From the human T2T-CHM13v2.0 reference genome, Homo sapiens: DNA of 64,000 nt. The position numbers were made by a program, and so were the translations under genes. The DNA is taken from the NCBI RefSeq assembly GCF_009914755.1, contig NC_060930.1; one strand, written 5' to 3'. Below are positions 13,646 to 28,561 of this stretch, piece after piece. Below the pieces are notes generated by a model. It ran no database searches and was not told the DNA's origin. It saw nothing but the letters and a program-made list of their open reading frames with translations. How positions within the stretch are numbered: position 1 is the first letter of the stretch; the number at the start of each line of letters is the position of its first letter.

Positions 13646-13860
13646 CTTTCTCTTTCTTTCTCCTTTCTTCCTTCCTTCCTTCCCTTCTTTTTCTTCTTCT
13701 CCTCCTCCTCCTCTTCCTCCTCCCCTCCTCCTCTTCTTCTTCTCCTTCTTCCTCTTCTTCTTCTTCTTCTTCCTCTTCTCCTTCTCCTCCTCCTTCTCCT
13801 TCTCCTTCTTCTTCTTCTTCTTCCTCTTCTTCCTCTTCCTCTTCTTTTTTCCTTTTATTT
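13540..13860. repeat. ~320-nt polypyrimidine tract: (TTTC)n,(TTCC)n,(CTT/CCT)n
   Basis: read directly; sits at the tail of the adjacent antisense Alu; source of the low-complexity ORFs 13463-13958. Confidence 0.95.
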
Positions 13861-14154
13861 TTTTGAGGCTCAGTTTTACTCTGTTGCCCAGTAGGGAGTG
13901 CAGTAGCGTGATCACAGCTCATGGCTCACTGCAGCTTCAACCTCCTGGGCTCAGGTGATCCTCCCATCTCAGTGTCCCAGGTAGCTGGGACTACAGGTGC
14001 ACACCACCACACCTGGCTAAGTTTTTGTATCTTTTGTAGAGATGGGGTTTCACCATGTTTCCTAGATTTATCTGGAACTCCTAGGCTCCAGCACTCCACT
14101 GGTCTTGGCCTTCCAAAGTGCAGGGATTACAGGTGTGAGCCACCATGTCTGGCC
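13861..14154 (-). mobile_element. AluJ SINE
   Basis: gctcactgcagcttcaacctcctgggctcaggtgatcctccc J-type; ends tctggcc. Confidence 0.92.
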
Positions 14155-14634
14155 TTTGTCTTTTTTAATTTTCAAATAATCACATTTCACTTTCAGAGGA
14201 CTGCTAATTGGAATTTAAATGAGCAAGTGCACTTCAATCAGGTTCTTTTTATCTAAACACACACAAGATTGTTAAGGAAAAATTGGATTTAATAAAATCA
14301 GTTGAGATGTTGATTAGTTATAGGTAAAGCTGCTTCTTGATGTTCAGGTAGTTATAACACCAGAATGATCTGTTAAGAGAGGTTTTTAAGACTCAGTCCC
14401 CATCATTTTAAAAGAGAGAAAAGAAGACTGTTTTGTCTACAGGTCCCAGACAGTAACTGGCCACAAAGTCTCTCAAGGCCCCTCTGTTCCGTGACTTTAT
14501 TTAAATTTTCTTTTGTTTTGTTTTCAACACTATGTAGAGAGGAAAAGCTTCAGGTGGAATCTATGCTCATTTCTGTTTGTTCTCATGCCCAAAGTTCATG
14601 ACATGCAAAGCAGAAACATAAACAGGAACATTGC

Positions 14635-14698
14635 TATTTTGGTGTGATTGGCATTTTGACTTGGCATATTTTTGGTGTGATTGGCATCTTAAATTGGC
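14635..14698. repeat. ~32-bp tandem duplication
   Basis: tattttggtgtgattggcattttgacttggc / tatttttggtgtgattggcatcttaaattggc. Confidence 0.85.
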
Positions 14699-16641
14699 CT
14701 AATTTTTAAATGGGAAGACTTCCTTGGTAGAAATTAACCATGGAGTGAAAGGTCTCTGTTTCTTCTTTCTGTCTTCGGTACATAAGGACAAAACAACCAG
14801 AAACCTGAGGACAAAGCAACAGCAATCCAGGTGAACATGTCCACTCACAGCATACAGACAGTGACAGCTCTGTGTGAGTTTCAAGTTGAACCTACATCAA
14901 CCGTTTTTATTCTTTTCTAGGTTTACAATTATTTTCAAATTGCAAAGTTTATAGAGTTTGGTATATAGGAGATTCTATCTAGATTTCATATAGTGGTAGG
15001 GGGCTATTTCCTTATGATTTTAAAAACTGGAGTTCTTTCAGAAATTATGGCTCAGATATGCACACAATATATTTTTATTTCTATTAAATGGTCACAAATT
15101 GAAGATTTTTTAATACTATTGTTGGTTAAATGAACAATGTTTAAGCAATTTCGATAGTCAATATTCTCACTGTGATTTTTTGCAATGCTTTATTTTCTAA
15201 AAATGTATCTTTGTGTGACTACAATTCAAGAGCATTGTACTCTTAAGTCAGTGAGAGTGGAGAATGATCAGTGATGGTTATAGTTTGTTTTATCAAGACA
15301 GCTCGTGGGAGATGGTAATGGGAATTCCCCTAGCTACTTTTGTTTATTTTTATCTCCCTTGTCATTTTCAATATGGAGGATTTATGTGGGGAATTTAGTG
15401 TTATTACTTTAAAATTGATCTTCAGAAAGATAAAGCAAAAATCATTTGGGGTTTGGCAAAACATTTTATTAGAAAAGAAGAGAAAATATTTCCAGCAAAT
15501 ACGTGTAGTAGAAACCCTCTTGGCTTCTTTACCTTACCATATGTTGATAGGCTAGCTGTTGTTCAAATAATGGCATGAAACTACTAGATAATTGTCATTG
15601 GAAGGATAAATGTGCCAATAGAAAGTAGCTGCCCTCAAGAAGCATAAAACATAAGACACAGCATGGTATTGGTATAAGGCATTTTAAGAGCACTCTTTAG
15701 ACAAGTCATTTTGATAATATAATGGGGACATTTTGTCACATCTTAAATATAGTTTTTTAATTGCCCAAGGAGTCTCAATCTATTCCTGAGCCTTATCCAA
15801 ATGGTATTTTTCTACTTAGCTGCCTCAGAATGCTTCACCTTGTCATCATAGCTACCCAAAAGAATGTGTCAATCTCACCAGCTATTCTTTTGAATAAAGG
15901 AAAATAAACTGAAGTGGCAGTCCAGTTTTGCTAGTGGAATGAAGATTGTATTTTATACATATTAAAAAGATGAGTTATAATTTCTCCCTTAAATTATGTT
16001 TGTTGCCTTGCATGCTTCTTTCTCTAAAGCTGAACCATGATACTAAGTGCCTGGGGAAGGGAAGGGCGGGTATACTGCCCAGAACACAAAGGCCTTGTTT
16101 TGCTTTTGCATCTCAAAGCCAACTCTTTTGTTCTAGTCTTCAGCAAAGAAATTATTTTGAAATATTGCCTTTGTTAGAAAGAAATAGATGTTCTGAATTA
16201 TGTGAGATCTATTAACATATCAAGAAGTAAGCTAGCATCACAGAATTCTTCATAGTGTAGATCTAACACTCTTTCTATCATGAAGGGTGAGCCATGTTTC
16301 TCTGGGAAGAAAAGACATGTGATGTAGGGGAGGTCCATTGAGCCACTCCTCAGGAATTATTTATAAAAAACAGAGAGAAGTTGAAGCAGAACTTTAAAAG
16401 CTGAGCTTATGTCTGAAATGCACTGTTCAAAACTAAAAGGAAATTAATTTAGAAATGACTGTTTCCAAATTGAATTTCCAAATGTTAAGCTAGTTCCTCA
16501 ATCATTTCTGCCTCAGACTATATTTTCTTTGTACTCTTGAGGATAAGTAAATTGTAAATCACTATCCCCTTTTACAGTGATGCAGTATGAACTGAGGCAA
16601 GCTGTTCTGTCTCTGGTTTCTGATTATTTTAATCTGTAATA

Positions 16642-16645
<4 letters not shown>

Positions 16646-16681
<36 letters not shown>

Positions 16682-16730
16682 TTGTGTCTGGGTCTGTCTG
16701 CTTGTTTGTGTTTGTTTGTGTGTGTGTGTT
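16646..16730. repeat. (TG)n microsatellite with degenerate extension
   Basis: read directly. Confidence 0.9.
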
Positions 16731-16758
16731 TACTGGATGTGTTCTAGATTATCTTCTT

Positions 16759-17435
<677 letters not shown>

Positions 17436-19479
17436 CCTTCAAACCTAAAATTTTGTATTCAACATATAACATGACGTTAAGTCAATCCCATTTTTATATG
17501 ATCAAATTGGCTATAAATAGCATCTATGTCTAAGTTCAAAACCTTATTAAAACCTTGCCTGCCTACTAATGCTAAGTGCTTGTGTTTTATACCTTTACAC
17601 TCTATACTTTCACTATTATGTTTTTCAAATTTATAACTAGCAGAATCAAACTTACAATTGCTAAAGGAAAGATAATTTAATGGAGAGATTCAGGGGTATA
17701 TCAAGACCTAAAGCTCTCTTTCCTAATTTGTACTTTATTCCTTTCTCTTTGAACGGATATTTTCTCTGCACTACTTATAAAGATGGCAGAAAATGACAAG
17801 CTCGTCCATGAGCCTACATTATCTCCCAGTCATAGTGCCTGTGATCACGTCACTGATGTCTATTGTCTTTGTACAGAGGGACTGTGAAGGTACACACCAG
17901 GGGTTCTTCCTGGCACAACCTCTGTGTAGATAGAGGTGACAAAAACAAGGCAACACAACCTTGGAGATCCATCATGCTGCTGGAGGAGCATTTCTTGGGG
18001 AAAAAAAGGAGTCTTACTGCAAAGATACTTTATACTCTGCCCATTAAAATTGCACTGGATTTGATTAATGATGCAAGTTTCAAATTAAAAATGAAATTAA
18101 TTTGTAGATTTTATAATTGATAGGTAATAACTAATCAGATGTAGTAACTGCTCTATAATCATAAAGTGTGCATATGGAATGACAGATCAATTTTCATCAG
18201 TGTGGTCTTATTGATATTTTAAATTTATTTTGATAAATCTCTAAAGCAATAAAAACATTTTGTCTGAAACATTTCTTAATGACTACTCTGCACAGAATGT
18301 ATAATATGAAGTAACTTAATTACTTTTGAAGAAAGGCAAAGTTCACTTTCATGTAATTTTAGAATAGGGATAAAATAAACTTTTTCATATTAATGAAGAA
18401 CTCCATTACCTGCCCCTAAAATGATTAAACCTTGACATAAGTTTTCAAATTTAGCTTCATTTTAGAATAATAAGAACTAGAAATAAATATATTTATAAAC
18501 TAGATGATAACTATATGCAGCAAGGTTTCTTTGAATACAGTATCAAAATTCCTGGTTATAGAAAGCAAGCCAGCTAAAATTCAAAAGGAATGCAAAAGCC
18601 ATAAAATAAAATAGCCATTTAAAATATTTAATGAAGTGTGAACAAAGCTCATGTGCTTTAAATTGCTGTCCCTTTCATTAATTTCTTCTCTAAAGCCTAA
18701 ACAATTAAGCTGAAATGTTAGAAATCATCACAAAATTTAAATAGCACTTTGGGGAATGATGTGTTTTGAAGGAGGTGTTATTGCATAAGAACTGCAAACA
18801 TGAAAATAATTTTATCTCATCACAGCAAGTTAGATGCGTGTTCTATATAGAATGGTAAAAAGAGAAAAAGGAAATGTTAATGCAATTACAGGCAACAGGA
18901 ACCATTACAAATATGCATGTTCTTATAAGAGAAGCTGGCTAATACAGGCTCCTATTTTAGAATCTCAGAGTTTTTAAAATGCTAAATGAAGTTGATAGGA
19001 AAACAAAATAGGTACAACATATCCAGGTGACTTTTTTAAACCTATCTCTGTGGTTACTACTGTGCCACTCTATTCTAGAGAAAAACAAGTAAATTAGCTT
19101 GCTCTTCTTAAAAACTTTTAATGGTGGAATAATATAAAAATGTATAAAAATTGAAGGAAGTTGTCCAGCATGAACAAATGCTGGACATTTGTTCATGTCC
19201 AGCATTGCCAGTAAAAAATATTGGCATCTAAAATGTTTAATGATTACTGGCAAAGATTAGAGAAGCTTCTCTCAGGATGGGATCTGTGGGTCTCCTGCCA
19301 CTGCCTTCTCCCTTTCAATATGGTATTATGCTTAGAATGTTTCTCAGCACTTTATTATTTAGGAACATTTACCTACTTTATGTGGATTTTCAATATTTTT
19401 GTTTCTAAAATTTAGAATATTATTGTAATCAGCCTCAGTGGTCGACTCACTTATTTACTGCTCTCCTGGACATGTGCAT

Positions 19480-19792
19480 GGGTGGCTGTCCCCTCCACTC
19501 TTCAGTTTCCTGTTTCCTTTGTTCAGAAGGAGCTTTCCTGGTGCCTTCATCTAGAGCAGCGCTAGAGCAGCACTGTTTCTCGCGCCTCTTCCTTGTGCTG
19601 TGCTATTATTCCTTATGTTGCTCATCACTACTTTAGCTGAGTTGTGAATCTGTTTGTTTATGGCATGTCTCCTCCATTAGAATGTAAACTCCAAGAGAAC
19701 AGGGAACTTTAATCTCTTTCCCACTCCCTGTTCAATATTTAGAATAATGCCTAGTAAGTTGTTGTTGCTCAATAAATCTTTGCTGAATAAAA
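19480..19792 (+). mobile_element. LINE-2 3' end
   Basis: ccattagaatgtaaactccaagagaacaggga...gctcaataaatctttgctgaataaa. Confidence 0.75.
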
Positions 19793-19849
19793 GGCTAAAT
19801 AAGTAAATCCATATCATCGATTTGAAATTGCACATTTGTCATATGTCTA

Positions 19850-20580
19850 TCTGCATGCCGATAGTTTTTAGAGTCTCTTTTTCTTTCAGATCTATTTTTG
19901 AATACTATATTGTGTTCATCAATATTACTTTAAAATACACTTTCATACTTAAAAAAGCAAAGAGCAAGGAGCTCCTCATTTCCTTGCCACTTCAAATACA
20001 TTCTGACTATTCTATATTTATTTTCCAGGAGGAGCTTTAAAATAAATCTGTCAGATTCCAATGAACCTCTCATTCATTAAACTAAATTTATAAATGAATT
20101 TGCCTCTTTCAATATTGTCTTCTAATTCCAGATCAAGACTAGCATTACCCTTTTTCTCATTTATTTTTATGTCTATTGGATTAGTTCTGTAGTTTTCTAT
20201 GTAGGTCTTTTGCAATTCAAGTTAGGATATTGTTATGATGTTTTTTCTACTTTTTAATATGATCCCTTTTACAATATTTTTCTCTGACTATAGAAATATC
20301 TTTATTTTAAGATAGATTATAACTGATCACCTAATCAAAATCTAATTTAAATACATAATTTTATTTGTCTGTTATTCTTTCAAGATAGACTATCATACCA
20401 AATGTTGGTAATCTTGCTTTCTCTTTTCTAATTTTTAGATTTTTAATTTTATGTCCATATTGAAATACATTGGAAAGGACTCCCAGAAGAATACTAAATA
20501 CTAATGATGATGACGATGATCCTTGTTTTGTTCCTGACTTGAATGAGAATGCTACTAGTGTTATCAATACACATAACATA
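19850..20580 (-). mobile_element. old L1M ORF2 (RT region) fragment
   Basis: ORF 20361-20579 reads SFKSGTKQG..LVFSILLGVLSN..MIVYLE, a decayed match to L1 [25 protein letters not shown]. Confidence 0.75.
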
Positions 20581-21679
20581 CATAGTCCTGGCTATTAGTT
20601 GGTGGGATGAACAAAAAAATACACAAAGATTCAGTCAAAGATAAGGATATGAAATGATTATCTTTTGTTCTACAAATTATGTATTTGTGCTATCTTTGTT
20701 AAGTTTTCCTTTCAGAATTCTGTTGATTCTGCAAAATAAATTGGCAAGAATCCTAACCTTGGATGGTTTTAATAGTATATAAACATTGACAGCTTGAAAT
20801 TTGGTCTCAATCTGGCCTTTTGAGGTAAGAAGGTGTAATTCTTTGGTAATTAAAATCGTCCACCTTTAATAATATTTAATGCACACCTCTTTTAAATTAA
20901 ACGATGTTTACTAGTGTGGCATTAAGCAGGCAGGACAATTACCTGAATTTTCTAATTACTTTTTGTTGGTTGTGGGGTAAGATGTCTTTAGTGAAGTATT
21001 TTCATCTTTTGTAGTCAGCACATATTTCCAGCCTATCGTTCTCATAATTGGATGTTGATTTTTTCATAATTTCTTCCAGTTCCTGTGTCATTGTACTGTT
21101 CTGAAGAAGGATAGTTGAATGTCAGATTCCACCATCTTATTACACTTTAGATTGAAATACTCTCTACCAGATAGTTCTCAAAATTTAAGATATTAATCTG
21201 TTGTTCATATTTTTAGCATTGATGAACTTTTCTTCTCTAATTTGTTCTTTTTAGTCATTTTAATCAGTTTCTGAGAATGGATCAAATGAGGGAAAAAAAA
21301 CAGTGTAAACTTACAATTTACCCTATCCTTCTTGGATATCAGTATATGATATGATATATTAATAACATAAATCTTATATGATATTAATACATCTTATAAA
21401 TCAAGTGGAAAAACATATCCTGATTCACAAGTGATGCAAAAAGTTCTTGGGATATAGTATAAAATAACAACCCAAATTTTCTCCTGTAGGTAATTTATTT
21501 TTCATCAACTGAGTTCAAGATATGACAACATTTCAAGTTACATAAATATATTCCTCAAGCATATCTAGCAGATTTATAACACTGTTTTTGGAAAATAAAT
21601 GACTAATAAGTTTATCACCTCTGAGACTTAGTGTAATGATTGCTACTACATTCTTTCATTTTCTGTTTCTCTTCTCTAC

Positions 21680-22760
21680 AATCTTTTCTACAACCCATAA
21701 TCACACTTAAATACTCTTACCATTTGCAAATAAACAAGTGGATGAGCCTTTCCCTAATGCATCTACCCCACTTCTACTGCTGTTCTATCTTCCTTCTCTT
21801 TTCTACCACACCTCATCAAAGGGAGGGCTGCTTCTAAAGTCCTAAAGTTTGACTGCTGCTCTTGCCATTGCATTCAAGTCTGCCCCATCTAGCCACAAAT
21901 ACATTTCCAGTTACCAACTCTGTTTTATGTTTATTGTCATCAGACTTCCTCAGCTTTAGACATTTGCCATTGTTTATAGTCCTATCTTTTATGAAATTCT
22001 CTCTTCTCATTACTTTTACAGCTATTAACCTTCCCACATCCTCCTCAATAATCCTTCCCTCAAAGTCTTTTTCTGTCAAACCTCTTCTGCCCACTTCTCA
22101 ATTTTTTTTTTAACTACTATTACGTTGCACATACAGAGATACATTATGTTGTACATTCTGTCAACTAAATATTGCTGTCTTTGTAGTCTGTGGTCATCCT
22201 AAATTTAAAACACCTGTAAAAAAAATTCATAAATTCATATTCTCTGCTTCTAGTCACTGTTTCTCAGTTCAATTAAGGTCATCAATTTCACTCATTATCT
22301 GAAGCTGAAAATATCAGAATTACCTAAAGGAGGAAACTTGATCTCCTTAGCATACTATATATGACCCTCTAGAGCCTGACCACACACTACATTTCCAGGC
22401 TTTCTGTCACCCCAGCCTCACTGCACATTCTTATCATGCTCTTCCAGTCTTCATCCTCATGCATTCTTACACATCGATATATTTTACTTTGTTCTTCTCT
22501 TGTCCTGAAACGAATTTTCCATTCTTCTATATATGAAAAAACGTTACTCAGACATTAGATTGCAGTTCACATATAATCTCATCCTCATAATTGGCATTTT
22601 GTTCTCTATGATCCACCATTCTTGGACATGTTACCATTTTAGAACTAATTATATTAGTATTTATTGTTACTGATGCCTTTTTCTCTCTTCTCCCTACTCA
22701 CCCCCTGCCCCATATACACCTGAATGTGCTCTTTGTTAGGGAAGGAATAATATCTAATGT
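21680..22760 (+). mobile_element. LINE-2 fragment(s)
   Basis: gacttcctcagctttagacatttgccattg resembles the L2 RT DLSAAFDTVDH region; pyrimidine-rich L2 3' body follows. Confidence 0.6.
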
Positions 22761-24399
22761 GATCGTATTATATAAACAACAAAGTTTTGCTAAATAATAA
22801 GCATAAAGAAGGATGGGGGAAAGGCAAGCATTTATTCCTATAGGTTACTATAGACTAAAACTTTGACTAATCTAATACTGATTTTGATTGTATATTGTAT
22901 CAAACACGACATATTATGGTTGTCTGCAGCAGTATAAATAGTTTTCTAGGGCTAAGTTTTAATGAATTTGTATTCTTTGAGGTTTCATGACTGTCAGTAA
23001 CCAGGGACATCCCTGTGATATTTTGGATAGTAGAAGGATCTTATTCTGCTTAAAATGTGGTACAGAACATTCCACAAAATAGATAAGTAAATGAATGAAT
23101 TATGAGGATGAGGATATGGAAATCCTCAAAAGAGCTTAAAATGTTCATTTTATCTTCATATCTCTATAATGTAAGCTGTTCAAATGACTTTAAAAAGTCA
23201 TTAAGTTAAAACTAAGGACATGGTAGGGGAGAAGTTTGTTAAAGTTTGCCACTGTGTTGGTAAGAAAGCCAAAGATGAGATCTCACACTCCATTTTCTGG
23301 CTCTCATCAGTCCGTCTTGCTGCTAAATGCATGCTGAGTTATTACTTATAAAAAAGTTACAAATGGCAGTAGGTTAAGGAACATAAAGGAAAAAAATGTC
23401 AAAAAATAGGAAGTATCAGAACGTTTTTAAAAGTTGCTTGAACTCTGTCCTGGGAGCAGCTGTTACTAAGGCTCCAACAGGAGGAAAAGATGTTATTAGC
23501 AAAAAAAAAAAAATTACAAAGTTCTAAAATGTATAGAATATGAAAGGTGATGTAGCAGCCGTGGCACTATTATTGTCAGACTTGGCAACAATACCCCAGA
23601 AGTCTGGAAAAGGGGAAAAAAAAGGTTCAAAATAGCATCCTAAAGATAAAATGTTTAAAAATACCTCAGTGGGACTGGAGAGAACAAAAGACCAAAGATG
23701 CATGGGGTAGGAGTGTGCAGACGCTGCCACAGTGCTCCTATAAGCACATCATCCCAGTCAGGGAAGCATGCGTGGCAGCCTGAGGAGGTGGCAGTGACAA
23801 AGTTGGATTTCACTGAGCAAAGGCAAAAAGCTTGTGCATTCAGAAACAAGATCACCAGTGATGCCTGTGGAACCCGCAGAGCTGTGTGAACGGGGAACTC
23901 AGGGCAGGATCAGGCAGGATGTAACAAAAATAGGATTGGGTAGGATGAGTGATGAGTAGATGAAGTTGAAAGTCAGAAGTACAGGAAAAAAATAGAACTC
24001 ACCTGGAGTGTTGTTTACCCTTTCATCCAATGAAAGAAAATGGCTACATCCCATGTCAGAAATCCCATAAAGGAATAAAGACTCAGTGGAGTAATTGTCC
24101 TTTTACATAGCAGAATCTGTGGGTCTGAAGCTGCTAGTCTCCTTACTTCTGTCTCTATCTCCTGCACCAGTGGGGTCACAGGTATGCTTTCTAGCCACTA
24201 ATGAAATATCCATTTTTATCTTTTCTCCAGAGCAGTCAGCTTACAGGGTGGCCAGATTATAAGAGAATTACCAGAACTCCGTGGCTGAAGTAGGGGAAGA
24301 GATGAGGGAGGACTCAAAATAACACTTAGGGTGATTATGGGGGTGACTGTGATAGGTTGGGTATAGAGGGAATGATCTCATCGACACCCTGATGTGCTT

Positions 24400-24655
24400 A
24401 GAGATCTCTTCATTGTCAGATCTTATGGCTCTTTTCTTGCCTTAGTTCTCCTTAATATTTCTGTAGCACTGGACACCCTTACCTAAACTTTTCCTTCTTG
24501 AAATGCTCTCCTTTTCTATATTTCTTGGTATCCGATTTTAAGTTCCATAGGGCAGTGATCATGACTGTCTTACTCACCACAGTACTTCACAGAATGCCTT
24601 CCTGCTTGCCTGAGTGGATGAATACATGAATGAATGAATGAATGAATGAATGACA
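24400..24655 (+). mobile_element. LINE-2 fragments ending in (TGAA)n
   Basis: ttccatagggcagtgatcatgactgtcttactcacc...(tgaa)6. Confidence 0.65.
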
Positions 24656-24802
24656 GTTGAGCCATCTTCCTCACTATTCCTTTCTATTTTCTCTGACACC
24701 TAATTTTCAGCTTACTAAAGTTAACAGATTTAGCTAGCAATGGGTTTCTGGGAAAGAAAAAATAATAAAGTTATCGATATACAATTTTGCTTGCAGGTGT
24801 TT

Positions 24803-24843
24803 GTCTGTGTGTGTGTGTGTGTGTCTGTGTGTCTGTGTGTGTG
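24803..24843. repeat. (TG)n microsatellite
   Basis: read directly. Confidence 0.85.
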
Positions 24844-25043
24844 ATAAGAATTTACGTAGACTCTCTACCTAAAGTATCCCTGCTATATGACTGTGTCCAA
24901 AATGTATGTCTCCAACAAAAGTGGTCAAGTCACCTACTGAATATAGCTATGTACTTTTAATTAACTGTTCACAGTGGTCGTTCTTTTTCTTCAATTCAAT
25001 TTTAAGCAATTTGAGGAATGAGGCTAAAGATCATTTTTCTTTT

Positions 25044-26646
<1,603 letters not shown>

Positions 26647-27106
26647 TTAGGAACTAATACAGAGCTGATCAGTAAGTATTTGCTGATTAATCAATTGCTG
26701 GGAAACAGGTTACTTATTTTAGCTTAAAAATTATTTACTGTTTGAGAAAATTGTATTTGCTTTCCCTTAAATTCAGGCAAATAAATAGACTAAAACCATA
26801 ATCAGGTACCAGGAAAGACACTGACTTGCCTCTATTACAGTACTTCTGGAATTCAAAGGCCTGTTGTGCTGGTAAAGAAGGCTGTTTTTAACAGTATTTG
26901 CTTATTCAACTAAAAAACATGCTGGATGGCTCTTCTGAGCTTCATACTAGAGATAAAGTAAGGAATTCAATAGTTTGATCTCTCCTGACATGGGACATGT
27001 AGATTAGTGGGAGGCAAAATATGGTTCAGAAACCAAGTAAATGAGATATTTACGAAACTGGAGTTCTATCAATGTAACACAACATATAGTAAATGGAAAG
27101 ACTGAA

Positions 27107-27481
27107 GTCTTAGTCAATTCAAGTTGCCATGGCAAATTACGATAGAATGGTTGGCTACTAAACTACAGAAATTTATTTTTCACAGTTTTGGAGGTTGGAA
27201 GTCCAAGATAATGGTGACAGCATGGTTGGGTTCTGGAAGTGGGGGCTTGCTTCCTGGTTTACCGATGGCCTTCTTGCTTTGCTCTCAAGTGGTGGAGAGC
27301 AGAGAGCGGAAGCAAACTCTCATGTCCATTCTTATCACAGCACCAATTCCATTCATAAGGGCTCTGCCCTCATGATCTAATTACCTCCCAGGGGATCCAC
27401 CTCATAATACCATCCTATTGGGGATTAATATTTCAACATATGAATGTTGCAGGGGTCCCAAACATTCATTCCGTTGCAACT
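27107..27481 (-). mobile_element. MLT1A-type MaLR solo LTR
   Basis: gtcttagtcaattcaagttgccat...cagaaatttatttttcacagttttggagg...tttcaacatatgaat...aaacattca. Confidence 0.88.
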
Positions 27482-27538
27482 TAGTTAGGGTTTTCAAGAA
27501 GCACCTATTTAGGAAGATAACATTAAAGTTGAGACTTG

Positions 27539-28561
27539 GAGGGCGGTTCCAAGATGGCCAAATAGGAACAGCTCCAGTCTACAGCTCCCAGCGTGAGCAA
27601 CGCAGAAGATGAAGGATTTCTGCATTTCCAGCTGAGGTACTGGGTTCATCTACTGGGGAGTGTTGGAAAGTGGGTGCAGGACAGTGGGTGCAGTGCACCG
27701 AGTGTGATCCGAGGCAGGGCGAGGCATTGCCTCACCTGGGGCAAGGGGTAAGGGAATTCCCTTTCCTAGCCAAGGAAAGGGGTGACAGATGGCACCTGGA
27801 AAATCGGGTCACTCCCACCCTAACACTGCGCTTTTCCAATGGTCTTAGCAAACGGCACACCAGGATATTATATCCCGTGCCTGGCTCGGAGGGTCCTATG
27901 CCCATGGAGCCTTGCTCATTGCTAGCACAGCAGTCTGAAATCAAGCTGCAAGGCAGCAGTGAGGCTGGGGGAGGGGCGCCTGCCATTGCTGAGGTTTGAG
28001 TAGGTAAACAAAGCGGCCGGGAAGCTCGAACTTGGTGGAGCCCACCACAGATGAAGGAGGTCTGCCTGCCTTTGTAGACTCCACCTCTGGGGGCAGGGCA
28101 TAGCCAAACAAAAGACAGAAGAAACCTCTGCAGACTTAAATGTCCCTGTCTGACAGCTTGGAAGACAGTAGTCATTCTCCCAGCACGCAGCTGGAGATCT
28201 GAGAACGGACAGACTGGCTTTTCAAGTGGGTCCCTGACACCCAAGTAGCCTAACTGGGAGGCCCCCCCAAGTAGGGGCAGACTGACACCTCACATGGCTG
28301 GGTACTCCTCTGAGACAAAACTTCCAGAGGAACGATCACGCAGCAACATTTACTGTTCACTGATATTCGCTGTTCTGCAGCCTCCGCTGCTGATACCCAG
28401 GCAAACAGGGTCTGGAGTGGACCTCCAGCAAACTCCAACAGACCTGCACCTGAGGGTTCTGACTGTTAGAAGGAAAACTAAAAAACAGAAAGGACATCCA
28501 CACCAAAATCCCATCTGTACATCACCATCATCAAAGACCAAAGGTAGATAAAACCGCAAAG
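27539..28561. promoter_or_regulatory. L1 5'UTR bidirectional promoter (YY1 site 27550-27559; antisense promoter ~27940-28140)
   Basis: caagatggcc YY1 motif intact; position homologous to the known L1 sense and antisense promoters; many CpGs decayed. Confidence 0.7.
27732..27986 (-). CDS. L1 ORF0 homologue, 84 aa, open
   Basis: MAGAPPPASLLPCSLISDCCASN...RVGVTRFSRC matches primate L1 ORF0; ATG in gcaATGg context; expression unknown. Confidence 0.6.
   Translation of the reverse strand: MAGAPPPASLLPCSLISDCCASNEQGSMGIGPSEPGTGYNILVCRLLRPLEKRSVRVGVTRFSRCHLSPLSLARKGNSLTPCPR

Noticed and set aside
13463-13958. Overlapping 100-143 aa ORFs rich in E/K/R or L/F/S
   Set aside because: Translations of the simple-repeat tract and Alu; not genes.
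24211-24295. Strong-looking acceptor ttttatcttttctccag with a possible 59-nt exon
   Set aside because: Weak donor and no recognisable peptide; such acceptors are common in AT-rich DNA.
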